Positions 39,103 through 52,472 of a stretch of DNA of 64,000 nt are shown in pieces (within the stretch, counting starts at the first letter, position 1; every line of letters starts with the position of its first letter). The stretch spans positions 352,991 to 416,990 of the forward strand of contig MU004231.1 in NCBI GenBank assembly GCA_010405405.1. The letters are read 5' to 3'. The translations under genes were made by a program, and so were the position numbers. Source of the stretch: Microthyrium microscopicum. Its lineage: Eukaryota. The notes beneath the pieces were generated by a model. That model made no database searches. It saw only the letters and a list, made by a program, of their open reading frames with translations, and was not told the DNA's origin.

Positions 39103-41507
39103 ATGATGACAATCTTTTTGGCTCTTATTTTTGTCTTTTCTTTCTTCGCTGAAATTGCGTACAGCTGCGAAGAATGCGCTCCAACAAATAAACCGGTAAC
39201 TCAAACTCGACTCGTTCGTCGTATGCAGCCGGGAGCGCTCAATGCAACATCCGGTCCAAAGTCTCCTTTAGAATGGGGTCAAATCAATTTCTTGCAGACG
39301 ACAGATACTCATGGCTGGCTCGAGGGACATCTCAAAGAACCCAACCATGGTGCCGATTGGGGCGACATTGTTAGTTTCACAAAGTCAATGAAGAAAACTG
39401 CCTCGGACCTAGGAGTAGATCTACTTCTTATCGACACTGGAGTAAGCTCAAACTTTGCCTGGAGTCTACTATGATTCTGATTATTGACCTTTACAGGATT
39501 TACACGACGGGGCAGGCTTGTCGGACTCGACATCACCAAATGGCCTCGTTAGCCTTCCTTTGTTTGAGCAGATCGAATATGATCTTCTAACTATTGGAAA
39601 TCATGAACTTTACGTTACTGAAATTGCGTACGAGCATTTCAACCAGTTTGCAAAAGTTTATGGTGAACGATATGTTACCAGCAATGTCAAGATTCTTAAT
39701 CCAGCGACAAACCAATTCGAATATGTTGGCCATCCATATCGCTACTTTACAACAGATCAAGGTAAGTAAATCACCCTCGCTTGGAACTTGGTCTGCTTTC
39801 TTCCTCCATTGAGTGGCTTATTGATTCCATCCTGGGCTAATTCAAATGTTTAGGATTGCGAATCATGGCATTTGGAGTCCTGTTCGATTTCACAGGCAAT
39901 TCAAACGTCTCTCAGATTACTCGAGCAGCTGATCTAATTCAACTGCAATGGTTCAAAGACGCTCTCAACTATTCTCAGCCTATCGACATGTTTCTAGTGA
40001 TTGGCCATAATCCTATTCGAACTACCGGTAAGCTTTTGGCGCCAACTCGTTTTCGTTCTCAAAATGGATGCGATGTTGATATGCGTGAGAATATTTCAAG
40101 TCACTCCTTGGATATTTTAAACATGCTATGTGCCTTCTTAGGCGGCTGAAACCTGCTAACTTTTGCTCAGAATCCACAAGCACTATGGGAATTATCTATC
40201 AAGCGATTCGGCAAACGAATCCAGATACGCCTATCACCGTCTTTGGTGGACATACTCATATTCGGGATGCATTTGTGTATGACAACAAGGCTGTCGGATT
40301 AGAGTCAGGTATTATCACTATTTTTAAGCCACATAACTTGAGTCCCTAACAGTTTGTAGGCCGTTATTGTGAGACACTAGGTTGGATGGCAATATCGGGA
40401 TTCGATTTAGACTCCTATAACGCGACGGAAGACTGTGAAAGACCGAAGCCTACCAAGGAAGCAATTGTTGTGCAAACTGGACCAGCGGCGGCGAATCTGT
40501 CTCTGTCAAAGTCGGATTCTTCACTTCGCTATGCTCGTCGTTACATTGATTGGAACCGATTATCGTTCGAGTATCACGCAAAAGGAAGTCAACTTGCTGG
40601 ATTCGATACTCAGCAAGGCGTAGCAGTATCTGCTGAAATCATTGCGCTTCGTCAGCAGCAAAATCTCTCTACAATATATGGTTGTGCGCCAGCTACGTAT
40701 TGCGTTAGCTGCAGACCTTTCGGTACAGAGGGGAATATCTTCTCACTACTTGCCGATGTTCTGTCCTTGATAGTCGTCAATTCCACTCGAGAAGCTATTC
40801 CGAGGCTGATTTTCATCAATACTGGCAGTGTAAGATTTGATCTTACCCAAGGACCTTTCACTCTAGATGACAGCTACATTGTCAGTCCATTCAAAAACGC
40901 AGTCCGGTATATCCCCGAAGTGTCCTACGATATTGCTACTGTAAGTAACTCCTCAAAAGTATCTTGGCACCCACTCACTGCTGTCTAGAAAGTCTTGGGT
41001 ATACTCAACGCACTTCCTTATATCAAAAAGCGGGATCTAGAGACTAGAGATTTTGGATTCGAGCCTCTTAACCTCTTAGACAGCCAATTCTCGTGCGAAA
41101 ATCCTAGTCTTCCAGCTTCAGGTCTTCACAAGCGATCTCTACCCGTAGTGAAGCGCGACACTAAACCGTCTCCTGGATATACAACGACCGACGACTTTGG
41201 AACTGACGGGGACGATACAATCCACGCGAAGATCCCGTATTACTCGAAACCAAACGCTTTACAAGTCAATGCCTCATTTCCGACAGACGGTTCGGTGCCG
41301 GAAACCATCGATCTTGTCTTCCTAGACTTTCTAGCACCAAACATCCTCTCCGCTCTGAGCTCACTGGGCGCAAATTACTCCAAGAGCGACATACAAAATT
41401 ACATGCTGCCAGACTTCACGACGAACAATTTTCTGGCAACTTATGCGAAGTTGAAATGGCAAGAGAATATCAACAATTGTCCTTTGGGTAATGGAGTTGG
41501 GACTTGA
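39103..41507 (+). CDS. Secreted calcineurin-like metallophosphoesterase / 5'-nucleotidase family protein
   Basis: Signal peptide; QINFLQTTDTHGWLEGH, IDTGDLHDGAGLSD, IGNHELY, GGHTHIRD, ESGRYCETLGW, NTGSVRFD; five introns. Confidence 0.9.
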
Positions 41508-41795
41508 GGTTTGAAACTATTGACCTTTGCAGCTCTATGATAATGATAAACTTTTTTATTCAGAGGCTAAACAGCAGTTCTGTCGTGGCGCACCAAGTGA
41601 CTCGTAATACTCATTCCCAGCTCAATGCTCGGCGTTCTCTATGATAGCCAGCTACCAAAGCTCTACCTAGGTTCGTACGAGCCATGCTCATGATACCGAA
41701 CTAGTCCCTGAATCACGTCGTACCTCATTTCGAACTCTTCGAGTCGTGCAAACTTGTACCTAGCGTGCCTAGGTACTCCTGAACTATTCAACCAC

Positions 41796-43693
41796 TCATC
41801 TTCCGTTCCTCTCAGCATACTTCCTTACTCTCCAGCCAAAACCAGGCCACGGTGGAGTTCCTGGTAGACCTGTTGGTAAGCCTGCTGGGGGAGCCCAAGG
41901 TTTGAGCGAAGGTAGAGCAGGTAGTGGTGGGAATGGAGGGAAGAATGGGGCTAGGAAGGGAGGTAGAGATGGCCGTGGTTTAGGAGGCTGTGGTGCTGCG
42001 CTGCTGATAGGCGCTGGAACCGCTGGAGTTGGTAGTGCTGCCGTTGGTAGTGCTGTGGTTACTGGCGAAGGGACTGGTATGGGAATTGGCGATGGTAGCG
42101 TAGTGTTGGCTGGCAGGGTGAAGTTTGTGTTCGGCAGTGTACTGTTGTCTGGAAGACTTGGGAGAGTGATGTTCGCTGGAACCGAGGGTAGAGTAATGTT
42201 CGTGGGGATTGTTGGTAAAGTGATATTTGATGGAATCGACGGTAAAGTAATGTTTGACGGAATAGTAGGGAGAGTGATATTCGATGGGATCGTTGGCAGA
42301 GTCAGGTTCGAGGGAAGCGACGGTAAAGTGACATTCGAGGGAAGCGTTGGCAAGGTAATGTTTGCTGGAAGTGTTGGAAGAGTAACATTCGAAGGTAATG
42401 TCGGTAAAGTGACGTTCGAAGGGAACAATGGTAGAGTAACATTCGATGGAAGCGATGGAAGAGTAACGTTTGCAACAGGCGGAACTGGCAAAGTATCGTT
42501 GATAGCAGGCAAAGTGAAATTCATGCCAGGTAATGTGGAGTTGACAGGTACATTGGGCAGTGTGTCATTCAAAGGGAGGGTCGGCAGTGTGATATTCGCA
42601 AATGGAGGAGCTGGAGCGGCGCGCGGAGGCGGATCTGGACCACCAGTTGGAACGTTTGGTGAGACACTGGACGCTGATACAATTGGCTGAGGATCATTGT
42701 TGACTGGAGCACTTGGTGAAGGGTCACTGGACGCTGGCGCACTCGCACTTGGATTGACGTTAACGGGAGCGGTTGGTGTAGGATCTGTATATGCTGGAGC
42801 GCTTGCTAGGTTGCTGGAAACAGGTGAATTTGGTTGCGGATCGTTATTGACCGGCGGGCTTGGAATGGTGCTATTGTCCAGTGGCATTGTCGTAACTGGG
42901 GCGATTGGAGCAATTGGTGCGACAGGAGCTGTAACATTCGTCGCTGGTGGTGATGCTCCATTTCCTGGTGTTGGAATAGGAGCGACACAAGCCTGGCTGA
43001 AGAACAGTGCTTGGAGAACTGTTTCTAGTTGCAATGCGACCTGGGTGAGAGTATTGCTGACAACGCTTCCCGTTATATTCGTGCTGTACGGCTGTCAGTG
43101 TCATATCTTTTCAGCTCATCTAAGGTAGGTAGTGGACGCGAATACATACAGCAGCTCACTGACGATTACTGGCCCATTGGCAGTGACAATGGCAATCTGG
43201 CTCATGATGGGGTCCAATGTTGGGCCGGTAGAGTTACCACCAGTTGGAGCACTATTGCCCATGCTTGCTGCCTTTTGAGCGGCTTTGACTCCAGCAAGAG
43301 TGTCTGAAAGACTCTTGCTAAGATTTTCAATGTCCTGTGCAGACGATGCTCCTCCGTTGGCAGTATCCATTGCCAGATTTGAAACGAAAAGCTGAGCCTT
43401 TGATAGCTTTGATTGAACGCTTTGTAGACTGTAGGTCAAGTTCGTGTTTGACTGTGGTGCTTCTGCTTTTGCAATTGAGAGCAGTAGATGTGCAATGGCA
43501 GAGCCAGCGATTGCTGCATCACGAGCATTTTGGCAAGGAACAGAATTGTTGACCAGATCTTGATTAAGATTACTGCTCTCTGCCGATTGACCTAGTGATA
43601 CTTTGGAGTCTATTAGTATCATTAATTAGTATCAAAAGATATCAAGCACTTACAGCCTACGAGCGCAAGGCTGAGAAGAATAGGAGCGAACAT
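41796..43693 (-). CDS. Secreted Pro-rich, repeat-containing putative cell-surface glycoprotein
   Basis: Exon 1 MFAPILLSLALVG|GTAAGT, helical N-domain (ORF 43116-43622), and a C-terminal exon (ORF 41796-43034) with PSN(V/I)TLP(T/S)(L/I) repeats. Joining these into one gene is inferred from splice signals. Confidence 0.7.
42100..42475 (-). repeat. Coding 27-bp (9-aa) tandem repeat, about 13-15 units
   Basis: Translation shows successive units of the form xPSN(V/I)TLP(S/T), degenerate at synonymous positions. Confidence 0.9.
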
Positions 43694-44505
43694 AACTAAA
43701 AAGAATGATATATAAAGAGTGTCTTGGGTGAGTAATGAATGTATTCCAATGACCAAACGAACGACAAAGGCTCCCAACTATTTCGTGGTGATTCCAAGAT
43801 GACCATGTCGCGCCATGTACTTCTTATAGCAGTGTCATAATCATGGCGCCCATAACCGTTCCTTCATCTAAGCTTCTGCAGCAGCATTGAAACTCCCCCT
43901 TCCCTTGAAGCTTACCAGTCAAGTAAGAATTGACCAGGTGCCCCATCTTCCAAATTTTGTCTTGGAAGCCGGTAGAGCATCTGGTGTTTGAAAATATCGA
44001 ACCTGCAGGGGGACGCTGAAGAAGATCAAGCAGATCTGCCAAAGGCTACTGCAATTACCCATCGAGACCCTGCGAACTGACTATTGATCAAAACTCCCCG
44101 CACTATTCTCCGGTAGGCGAACGAAGACTCCTGATTTTCGATATTCGGTACTTTGCTGCAAAATCGAGGTATGATTGGTGGTCGTGAGAGGGAAAGGGCA
44201 TATTTTGTGCTCTCCCAATTTAGGCCCGTCGTTGGGATTCGCGACGCGGTTTGTGGGTCTGTCCAATCTTCAGTCTAAAGCTCTAGAACCAAATAAGATT
44301 GCGCCTCAAGAGGCTCAAAGTTTCGTTTGGTGTTCTCGTCAAGCCGAAGCGAAGCTGTGTAGAATGTTCTGATCTTCAATTCTTTGCATTCGTTTTGCTT
44401 TGTTTATTCTGATGAACGCCAGAGATCTTGAGTCTGAAACAATTTAGCAATTTCTCCGATGTATTTCGCAAGTTACAATCAACTACCAGTCTAGCAACTG
44501 ATTCG

Positions 44506-45247
44506 TCATGAATGATTTCTTCGACCAGGTGCGGGCGTCGACGCTCGCTCACGAGTCGTGACCTTGTCTTTGGTTCGTCCGAGCCTATTTTCCTCCCTCA
44601 TACGTCTCCTAATTTGCTTATCCAGTTCAAGCCTAGGATCTTGTAGTGGTTCCAGTACAAAGACGCTCTTCTTGAAGCCTAGCTCCCATGCCAGATCGCA
44701 GAGCTGTTTCCCCAAGCCAGAGTGATGCAAAGAAAGACGGCTCTTTTGACGTTCGAGCCGACCAGCTTCGTCATGATTCCGCTGAAGGTCTCTTTTGAGA
44801 TTTTCCAACACATCTTCGACCTCATGAAGTACTGCTCGACGCTCCTGCAGCCATTTGTTGCGTGGGGAGTCCTCAGGCTCGTGGATGCGTTCGCAGTAGC
44901 CCAGTGTCCAGTAATTCAGTGCGTCTGAATGCGCGTCCTGGATCCATATTAGATCTTGATGACATGTTGAGATGAGAGTGGAATCTTACATGGACTTGAA
45001 CGGGGTCATCAAGCGCCCGCGCCAACATGATTTTCATCTCAAGCCTATCATCGTAATGAAGCGCGCCGGGGATATCTAGAGCTTCATAGGCCTTTGGAAT
45101 ACACCCTTTGTAGTTCCCAGCGAGCCACATCTCCTGGGCTTCGTCTACCAGCCCTTCTGCTAACTCTTCCATTTCGTTGGGTTCCCAGTATCGTTTTGGA
45201 AATGGAGGATTGGGATATCTGGACCATATTGACAGTGGGAGTGCCAT
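44506..45247 (-). CDS. Hypothetical protein, 2 exons, coiled-coil-like C-terminus
   Basis: ORFs 44873-45247 and 44506-44811 can be joined via a GTAAGA..CAG intron ~44938-44989; no family recognised. Confidence 0.55.
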
Positions 45248-45761
45248 GCTGAGATTGCTTAGAAGGTTTGCGATGATGTTTCGTGCAACAAGTAGATTCA
45301 GGGTCGTAAAGAGGTAGATATCTTGCTAATACAGTGAGCTCATCAACGTAACTCTACATCTTGTGAGCTTCAGTGGTGGCGCCGCAGAATCATATCGACG
45401 CATCATATGACCCAGAGTGAAAGTCAACAGGCTGACGCTGAATGGTGATGTTAAGAACCCAGTGAGAATAGGAGTATCGTGACTAGACCTGCTTTTCGCA
45501 TTCTCTGCAATAAATTTGTTGAGGCAGAGTGTGTGGTATAAGGCTGAAATCACAAGTGATCGCATATGATTGGCTCCACAAATGAACCACTGCCTCGGCA
45601 AATCATGTTGCCCTCATTTTGTAACCACGACGTCAGGTTAAGGGAAGATCAACATGTGGGAGCTATTGAGTCTTCAATGCTGCTCTCTTGAACTTAAAGA
45701 TAGAATATAGCCCTTTTGTTACTGCATCCTACCTGACTTGCCTCTCAGTCGCTCCGTGACC

Positions 45762-46859
45762 ATGTCTATTCCTAACGATATCTGCCTCTTTTGGTATACT
45801 ACCTCACCTTATGCGCGAAAGATATCATGGTATTTGACTCTTCGAGGTCTAGCGCACGCACAATGTGTAGGTAGAGTCTTGAGGGCGAGCATAAGATAAA
45901 GCTGACGAAATATCAGATGCAACCTAACGTACTGCCTCGACCAGATATGGAACAGCTCAACATCGCCTACCGGCGCATCCCTCTTCTAGCAGTGGGAAAG
46001 GATGTCTATCTCGACACAAGACTGATCCTTCCAAAGCTTGAAGCTTTATTTCCGGATGGAGCAATTGGGCCCAAGAGTGTAGAGGAGCAAGCCATACAGC
46101 GTCTTCTAGAGAAATGGACATCTGATGCCGGCGTATTTACAAGATCAGCCCAGTTGATCCCATTAGCCGCTCCAGCAATGAAGGATCCCAACTTTAGAAA
46201 GGACAGAGAGGACTTTACTGGCCGACCATGGGACCTGAATGTGATGGCAAGAGCCAGACCAGAAGCCACAGTGCATATTCGAGATGCATTCGAGATTCTG
46301 GAGACAACACTATTGGCGGATGGAAGAGAGTGGATCTTCAACACAGAAAAGCCAAGTCTGGGGGATATTGATGGTAAGCATCGATCTACCCTGGGGTTAA
46401 CCACAATTGCTAAAGTATTCGACAGCGGTTTGGCCATTTCACTGGCTGGTCGGGATGCCAACAGCATTAGACCCAAACTATATCTCGCCTACCCAATTCC
46501 CCAAAACGTTTGCATACATTGATCGCTTCGGAAAAGCGCTCAAGGCCGCCCGAGAGAGCTTACCCAAGCCTGTGAGCGTCACAGGAGCACAAGTGGTGGA
46601 ACATATGGCCAATGCTCGCTTCTATGAGCCAGCAGGCAACGTGGACGCAAATGATCCCACAGGTCTCAAATCTGGGGATGAAGTGACTATAGGGCCGCTT
46701 GATTCTGGAGCCAAGCACCGAGACACTGGCCGACTGGTGACGCTGACGCCCAATGAGGTTGTGCTGGCGAAGCAGACTCGGGCTGGCGGCATGGAGTTAC
46801 ATGTGCATGCACCGCGATGGGGATTCAGGGTTTTCAGGGCGACAGGCGGGAAGATTTAG
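45762..46859 (+). CDS. Glutathione S-transferase-like protein
   Basis: LFWYTTSPYARKISWYLTLRG, LPRPD, YRRIPLLAVGKDVYLDTRLI, PSLGDI, VWPFHW, HAPRWGF; two introns. Confidence 0.88.
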
Positions 46860-47883
46860 GCGGGAGCAATGGCGTATGCGAAAGGAATGGTCTAGTTGCA
46901 TTTGATCTTTGTGGATGGCAGGAGCGGGATATTGATTAGATGATGGAATAAGGTAGGGATTGATGGTCTTAAGAGAAGTTAAGATGGGTCAAAGTTTGGG
47001 GAGATCTACAAAGTTGGGCTGTCATTGTTGATTTGACAGACTCTGAACTAGTTGCAAACGCTCAGATGTATGATAGGGGCGGGCCGAGGATATGGCCAGG
47101 ACCGAAGTAGGTATCAGATAGTATATTCTTTATGTTTGTAAAGCAACAGGTCTCTATAAATGTCCCACATGAAGATTGTGTGTAGCGAACCAGATTCGGT
47201 CGTTTGAAACTGGCTGGACAGGGCGTCGTGGTGAGCGCGAGTAGGAAGATTTTCAGAGAGTCCTGAACGCGTATGATAGGTACTTGTAGGTAGTGTCTCA
47301 GAGGCAAGCTTGAGATAGGTTCAGCCTGTTGTATCCTGTCGCAATTGATGGAGTCGTCCGAGTTGATGCCCAAAATGGCAGGGGTGCAAAACCCAAAGGC
47401 AAGTTGCGTGCGCTCGAGGTGGAAGTTGCAGCCCAGCCCAGTGCTCTTGCTCTTTTATGCAGTCGTGCCTGACTATTCAGGGATAAAGGCAGCTGTCAAG
47501 GTCGCACTTTCCTTACTGCGGAAGTGTTCCCCACTGCATCAGGGCAGGAACCAACCACTGGACGACGCTGCCATGTTGGGCCTGGTTCTTGCCTCGCGGG
47601 CAGCAGCATGTGGCCAGCCCATCTGCTCCTGCGCCTTTCTTCTTTCTTCTTTCCCAACGGCTCTGGCAAGCCCAACCATCCACCCATCTTCCATCCCACT
47701 TTTCCTCTGCATCTGGTCCATATTTCTTCCCATCTACAAAACATCCTCTGGTCCTTTCTCCCTATCACTAACCTCTTACAACAGCCACTTACTCCCCGCG
47801 AGTCTACGTCTTCATACATCCTTCCGTCGTGCTGTCTCGTATCTCCCCGCATCGTGTCCTGTCTACCATACCAATATTGCGCC

Positions 47884-48927
47884 ATGGCCTACTCGGGGAT
47901 GCCAGCTCATCCAAATGTACCTTCGTCTGGAGCTCCGGATTTCCGGTGGTGGGTTCCTGCCGCTGGCATAAGTAGACAAGTCATACAGTCGGAGATCCAA
48001 CGTTACTTGGGTGTTGATGCTTTGGTTCGACCAGGCAAAGGCGGTAACAATCAGGTTTGACTTGACGGCCTCAGCTACCTACCAGCCTATATGCTAATTC
48101 ATAAAAGACTACTGATGGCTACTATATATCTGCATATCGTAACTTAACATCGGTACGCTGCACATCATCTTCCATCCATTGTTTGCTCAACTAACCACCA
48201 ACAGGCCATGCTAGAAGACCTCAAAAAAGAGACACTACGTGTACAAAAAGAAAAGGACGCCGGTTCTAGATATCAAGACCCTCCTCATCATGACCCCCGG
48301 CACAGTGGCTTAGGTCCTACTCCTCCTCTTGCTCATACTGGATCTGCCTACCCACCTCCTGGACAGGTACCCACGTTATACGGTGGACAAGAAAGTTATC
48401 CTCCACCTAGGTCGTCAGGCGGACTGCCTGGATCAGGATACCCAGCTGCCGGTTATCCATCTAACGTTGACCCAAGAGATCAATACTATCAAGGCCAAGG
48501 CCAACAGCCCACGTATGGCGGACCTGGTCAACCCAATGTGTCTCCCAATAGCCAGCAGTATGCAAATCCTCATTATTCTAATTCTACGCCCGTGAGTCAA
48601 CCTTCTGCAGCACCTGGATATGGCTATCCATCGCCGCCTCCCTCAGGATATCCCCAGCATGTTTATCCCAATAATGCCGCCCCTCCACGCCAAGGAGGTC
48701 AATATCCTCCTGGCTATTCGCAACCCCCTCAGTCTGGTTATTCTTATGCTCAGGCGCCTACAAGGTACTTTGGACCACCTTCCTATTGGAATGATTTGGT
48801 TCACTAAACACTTTTAGTTCAAGCTCGCATGCTGGCTATCAATACCAACAAGGAGGACGTAAGTATTTCCTGATTCTATCCCAGTCGGATTCTAATTCCC
48901 AGATCAGAATATTCCTACAGGCAATGA
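47884..48927 (+). CDS. RfeG-like putative transcription regulator with P/Q/Y/G-rich C-terminus
   Basis: WWVPAAGISRQVIQSEIQRYLGVDALVRPG / GYYISAYRNLTS / AMLEDLK matches the RfeG-family N-domain as I recall it; several introns; 3' end inferred. Confidence 0.7.
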
Positions 48928-49399
48928 AAGATCATGTAATTCCATCTTGTTATTTCCCAAGGTTTCTGGAGTTTATGGAGCCTAGATTGTGGTCCCCGGA
49001 GTTTTTGGCCCACAGGAATTGGCCTTGGAGCTTGGCGTTTGAAAGGATCGCAAACTTTGTTTACTTGTCGCTTTTTGTTCATTTGGCCATATCAAAATAC
49101 GCGCCCATCACTAGATGAAAGGATACAGCCAAAGAGCTGACCACGCCACGTTTGAACCCATAGTTAAGGAACACCAAGGTCCGAAGAGCTTCCATTGTAG
49201 AAACGGATCGCAGCTGCACCATACGCCAGGAGTTCGCGTCGTAAATTCCAGGAATTGCTTGTTTTGCATCGTCTACCATACTAGGCCTGGGATTACCACT
49301 GGAGGTCATTAACTTACTTTGATCATGGAACCCAATCTGGATTGTTTCTGCTGTTGCTACAAATAAGCCTTAGACGACTCGTAATTCTAATCCTTGTTC

Positions 49400-51010
49400 A
49401 TTCCGGCGCCCGGTTGCTGGAGGATTAAAGCCAGAGCTAAGCTTCTTACCGGATCATTCAGGATTTGGAATGCCATGTGTTTCTAGATGCATATGCTGAA
49501 TGGCTTCACTTCCAAAGGACCTCTGGAAGAGACACAGCTCTCTGTTGGATACTCGGATTCAGGTTGTAGCAGGTAGCCAAAAGTGCGCGGCGAGGGTTTA
49601 GCGAGAACGTTACGATTGACGTTGGAAATGTCCTTTTCTATTTCATGTTAATACGACCATATGGATGGATTCTTCCTGGTATGTTTTTGATCAGCATTAT
49701 CTTATTTGAACCACTGCATCCACATCGGAGTTGGAAATGACATGTCTCGCTTTTTCCTGGTTTGCTGCTTTCTTCTTGCGCTCTTGGTTTTGATATTGAT
49801 CGCCATTGAACTCGTCCCATTTTTCAGGATTCGGCATTGCAAATCATCCTGGAGATTGATATATGTGAATGATGTACGGATGCATCTGAGATTGGCCATC
49901 TTCTAACGCTCCTTGCTATGAATGCCCAAGCGAAGAGCAGGGAGTTACTAGATGTAGTACTTTGCCTCAAATTTGAGTTTCCAGAATCTATCGCGGCATG
50001 CTTCCCCAGGCTACCAGTTTTCTGCCAACTTACGATCCATGCTTGCCTCATAACCGCGGGTTCGCGACCTCGTCCACAAAGCGTTTCTGTTCGTGAAATG
50101 CTTGATTTTAGGAAAAGATTTCCTTGTACAGATATCCCTCCTTCGCAATCATGCTCTACGAACCAAATGTCAAATATGAGATGCAATCATCTGAGACGCT
50201 TCGTTGTTGCTGGCCAAGAATCGTCTAGTCATTGCTCATTCTTACCTCGCGTCCTTGTATAGCCCATATATCGACAATGACTGTCTCGGAGACTATCATC
50301 ACTGTGCTTAACTCTCGGGACAGCTGTTTATCTTTCTGTATCAAAATATGTGGTAATTTACCGTTTCTCAATGACGAGGCTGATATCAGATTCTATCCAG
50401 GAAGAGAAAGACCGCAACATCTTCGCGCTGGCCTGAAAAGAAGTTCGGCTTATGGTATTGTTGGGTAGAGTACTCGGACAATGGTTTCGTCATGTTCCAA
50501 GCTGAACAGGATAGTCTTGGATGTTTGATAGATTATTTGGCTCGAAGTCTATATCAAACATGATGGGGCATGAATCGATACGCGCATGCCAAGTAGAGTT
50601 CTGCATGAATGTGATATTAGCATGGAATCGCATTTTACCAAAATCTTTCGCATCATTTCGAGAACTCAGGCCTTGCTGCTGGAGAATTATCAAAACCTCT
50701 TCGATCCTGGTTGGAATATCGGAAATCCGTACCCGTACGTTGTACTACCTGCGTTCAACGATACGTTATACATCGCCACATCTGCTCGAAGGTCGGTTCA
50801 AATAATCAAATATAGGTCGATCTCAATGATTTGGAATTGACAAGAATATTCCAAATTGAAGTTTTCCACAAACTTCACTGTATTCCATAGAATTCCCCAT
50901 CCTCCTCCTATTCTCGCATCTAGACCTGAGTGGCAAAAAATCGATGTAAGCACGTGAAGTTCATTGGTGGTCCAATACATGTCGCAGAACCTCAACCACA
51001 TTACAGCCAT
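49400..51010 (-). pseudogene. Possible decayed gene next to the AT-rich block
   Basis: Protein-like stretches on the minus strand (e.g. MPNPEKWDEFNGDQYQNQERKKK) interrupted by many stops; no family recognised. Confidence 0.25.
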
Positions 51011-52325
51011 GACGGCATCCGTCGATGCAATTGACGATCTCGGTTAGGGACCTGACCGCCCAGACGTTTACGATCTGCTCTGTTATGTTCTCCGCCTTGA
51101 GCCGCATAACGCAACGCAATGCACGATGGGAAAATACCCTTAAAAAACAGCTTATCGTGCGTTAGTAATGTCGGTGAAGATTAGAAGAGGGTTCGGAAAG
51201 TGGGCCATGAAAGTTCAAGGGTCCTGCGACCCACTGCTATGGTCTGGGGAGGCCTCTTTTGCGGTTTGTGGTTAGATTTTGCGACTGAACGGCGAAATGC
51301 GAGAACTGGTGTAGAGTAGTCCGCGTGCAATTGGATAAGAGTGCTGATCAACACTGACAAAGTTTCTCGCGGATTGTTTTAGTTGCCTTGCGTTCCCGAT
51401 AGGTTTCCACCGGCCGGACCGAATGGGCGGAGTTACAAGATAATTTTGAAAGTTTTGATCGACATACGATGCTGCTAAAAGTACTCGCTAGAATGATATC
51501 TGTTAGTGCTATCGACGGTGGTCATGCTCTGCAGGATTGTCCACTCTGGATCGTTACGGAGGAATACTCCGCCATGCTGACTCTCCAATCGCTATGATAT
51601 CGTTTGACGGGTGGCGTATCTGGCAGTTTGAAGCAAGTCGGTGTGGCAAAAAATGATGTTCAAGGGTGCATGCGGATAATGAGAACCAATGTTATCTCAG
51701 CCAATCAGATCACGCCAAGTCTCCACTAGCTGCGACGTAGTCACGTCTAAGGATAACTTAGAAAATTTTATAGCGACTTACTTTGCAATTTTGCTATTTT
51801 TATAAATAACTTAATACTATTATAATTATAGCCCTATAGCTTAAATTTAGTACTATTTAATCCTTATAGTTAGAAATTAGCTTTCTAATAAATCTATTTT
51901 TATTTAGGATTAACGTAAAACTATAATATTTAACTATTCCTCCTAATATACCTAAAAACGTCTAACGTATTTATATTTTAGTAAGCGTACCTTTAACTAT
52001 TAATTACTAAATAATCGCTATAATATATATAATTTTATATATATAAATATACTTAAAACTATTATCTATTTTAATCTAGTACGTTATTTTTAGGTTATTA
52101 TTATTAATAGTAGTATATACTCTATTTTTATTCTACTAACTACTATATTATTACCTACCTAGTTAATTATTTCCTTATTATAGGATATATATATAAACTA
52201 TTAAAGGATTATACTTAATAGATATTAAGAGTTTTCTAGTACTATATATTAATTAAAGTCTATAAGACGTTAGTAAAATCTTTAATAAGCCTAATAAAGT
52301 TGCTACTTCTTATAAGATCTAGATA

Positions 52326-52381
52326 ATATTAGAAGATCTATTAAGATATTAGAAGATCTATTAAGATATTAGAAGATCTAT
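52326..52381 (+). repeat. 20-bp tandem repeat, about 3 copies (ATATTAGAAGATCTATTAAG)
   Basis: Directly visible; lies upstream of the helicase remnant. Confidence 0.85.
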
Positions 52382-52472
52382 AGTAATATTTAATTATTCC
52401 ATCTATGCCTTACTACTAATCTATTATACTTATTATATATTCTAAGTTAAAACTTTTTTAACTAAGTTAGTA

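Noticed and set aside
42100..42475. Periodic repeat as a CRISPR-like array
   Set aside because: No unique spacers; degenerate 27-bp coding repeat in a eukaryotic gene.
41902..43128. Gly/Val-rich plus-strand ORFs (262 aa and 143 aa)
   Set aside because: Antisense shadows of the Pro-rich repeat gene.
47345..47971. 208-aa ORF upstream of the RfeG-like gene
   Set aside because: Pyrimidine-rich promoter/5' UTR composition and no protein-family signal.
6933..51737. Whole gene island as cargo of a giant element (Starship-like)
   Set aside because: No tyrosine-recombinase captain was seen, the flanks are unrelated elements, and the content is mostly core housekeeping genes.
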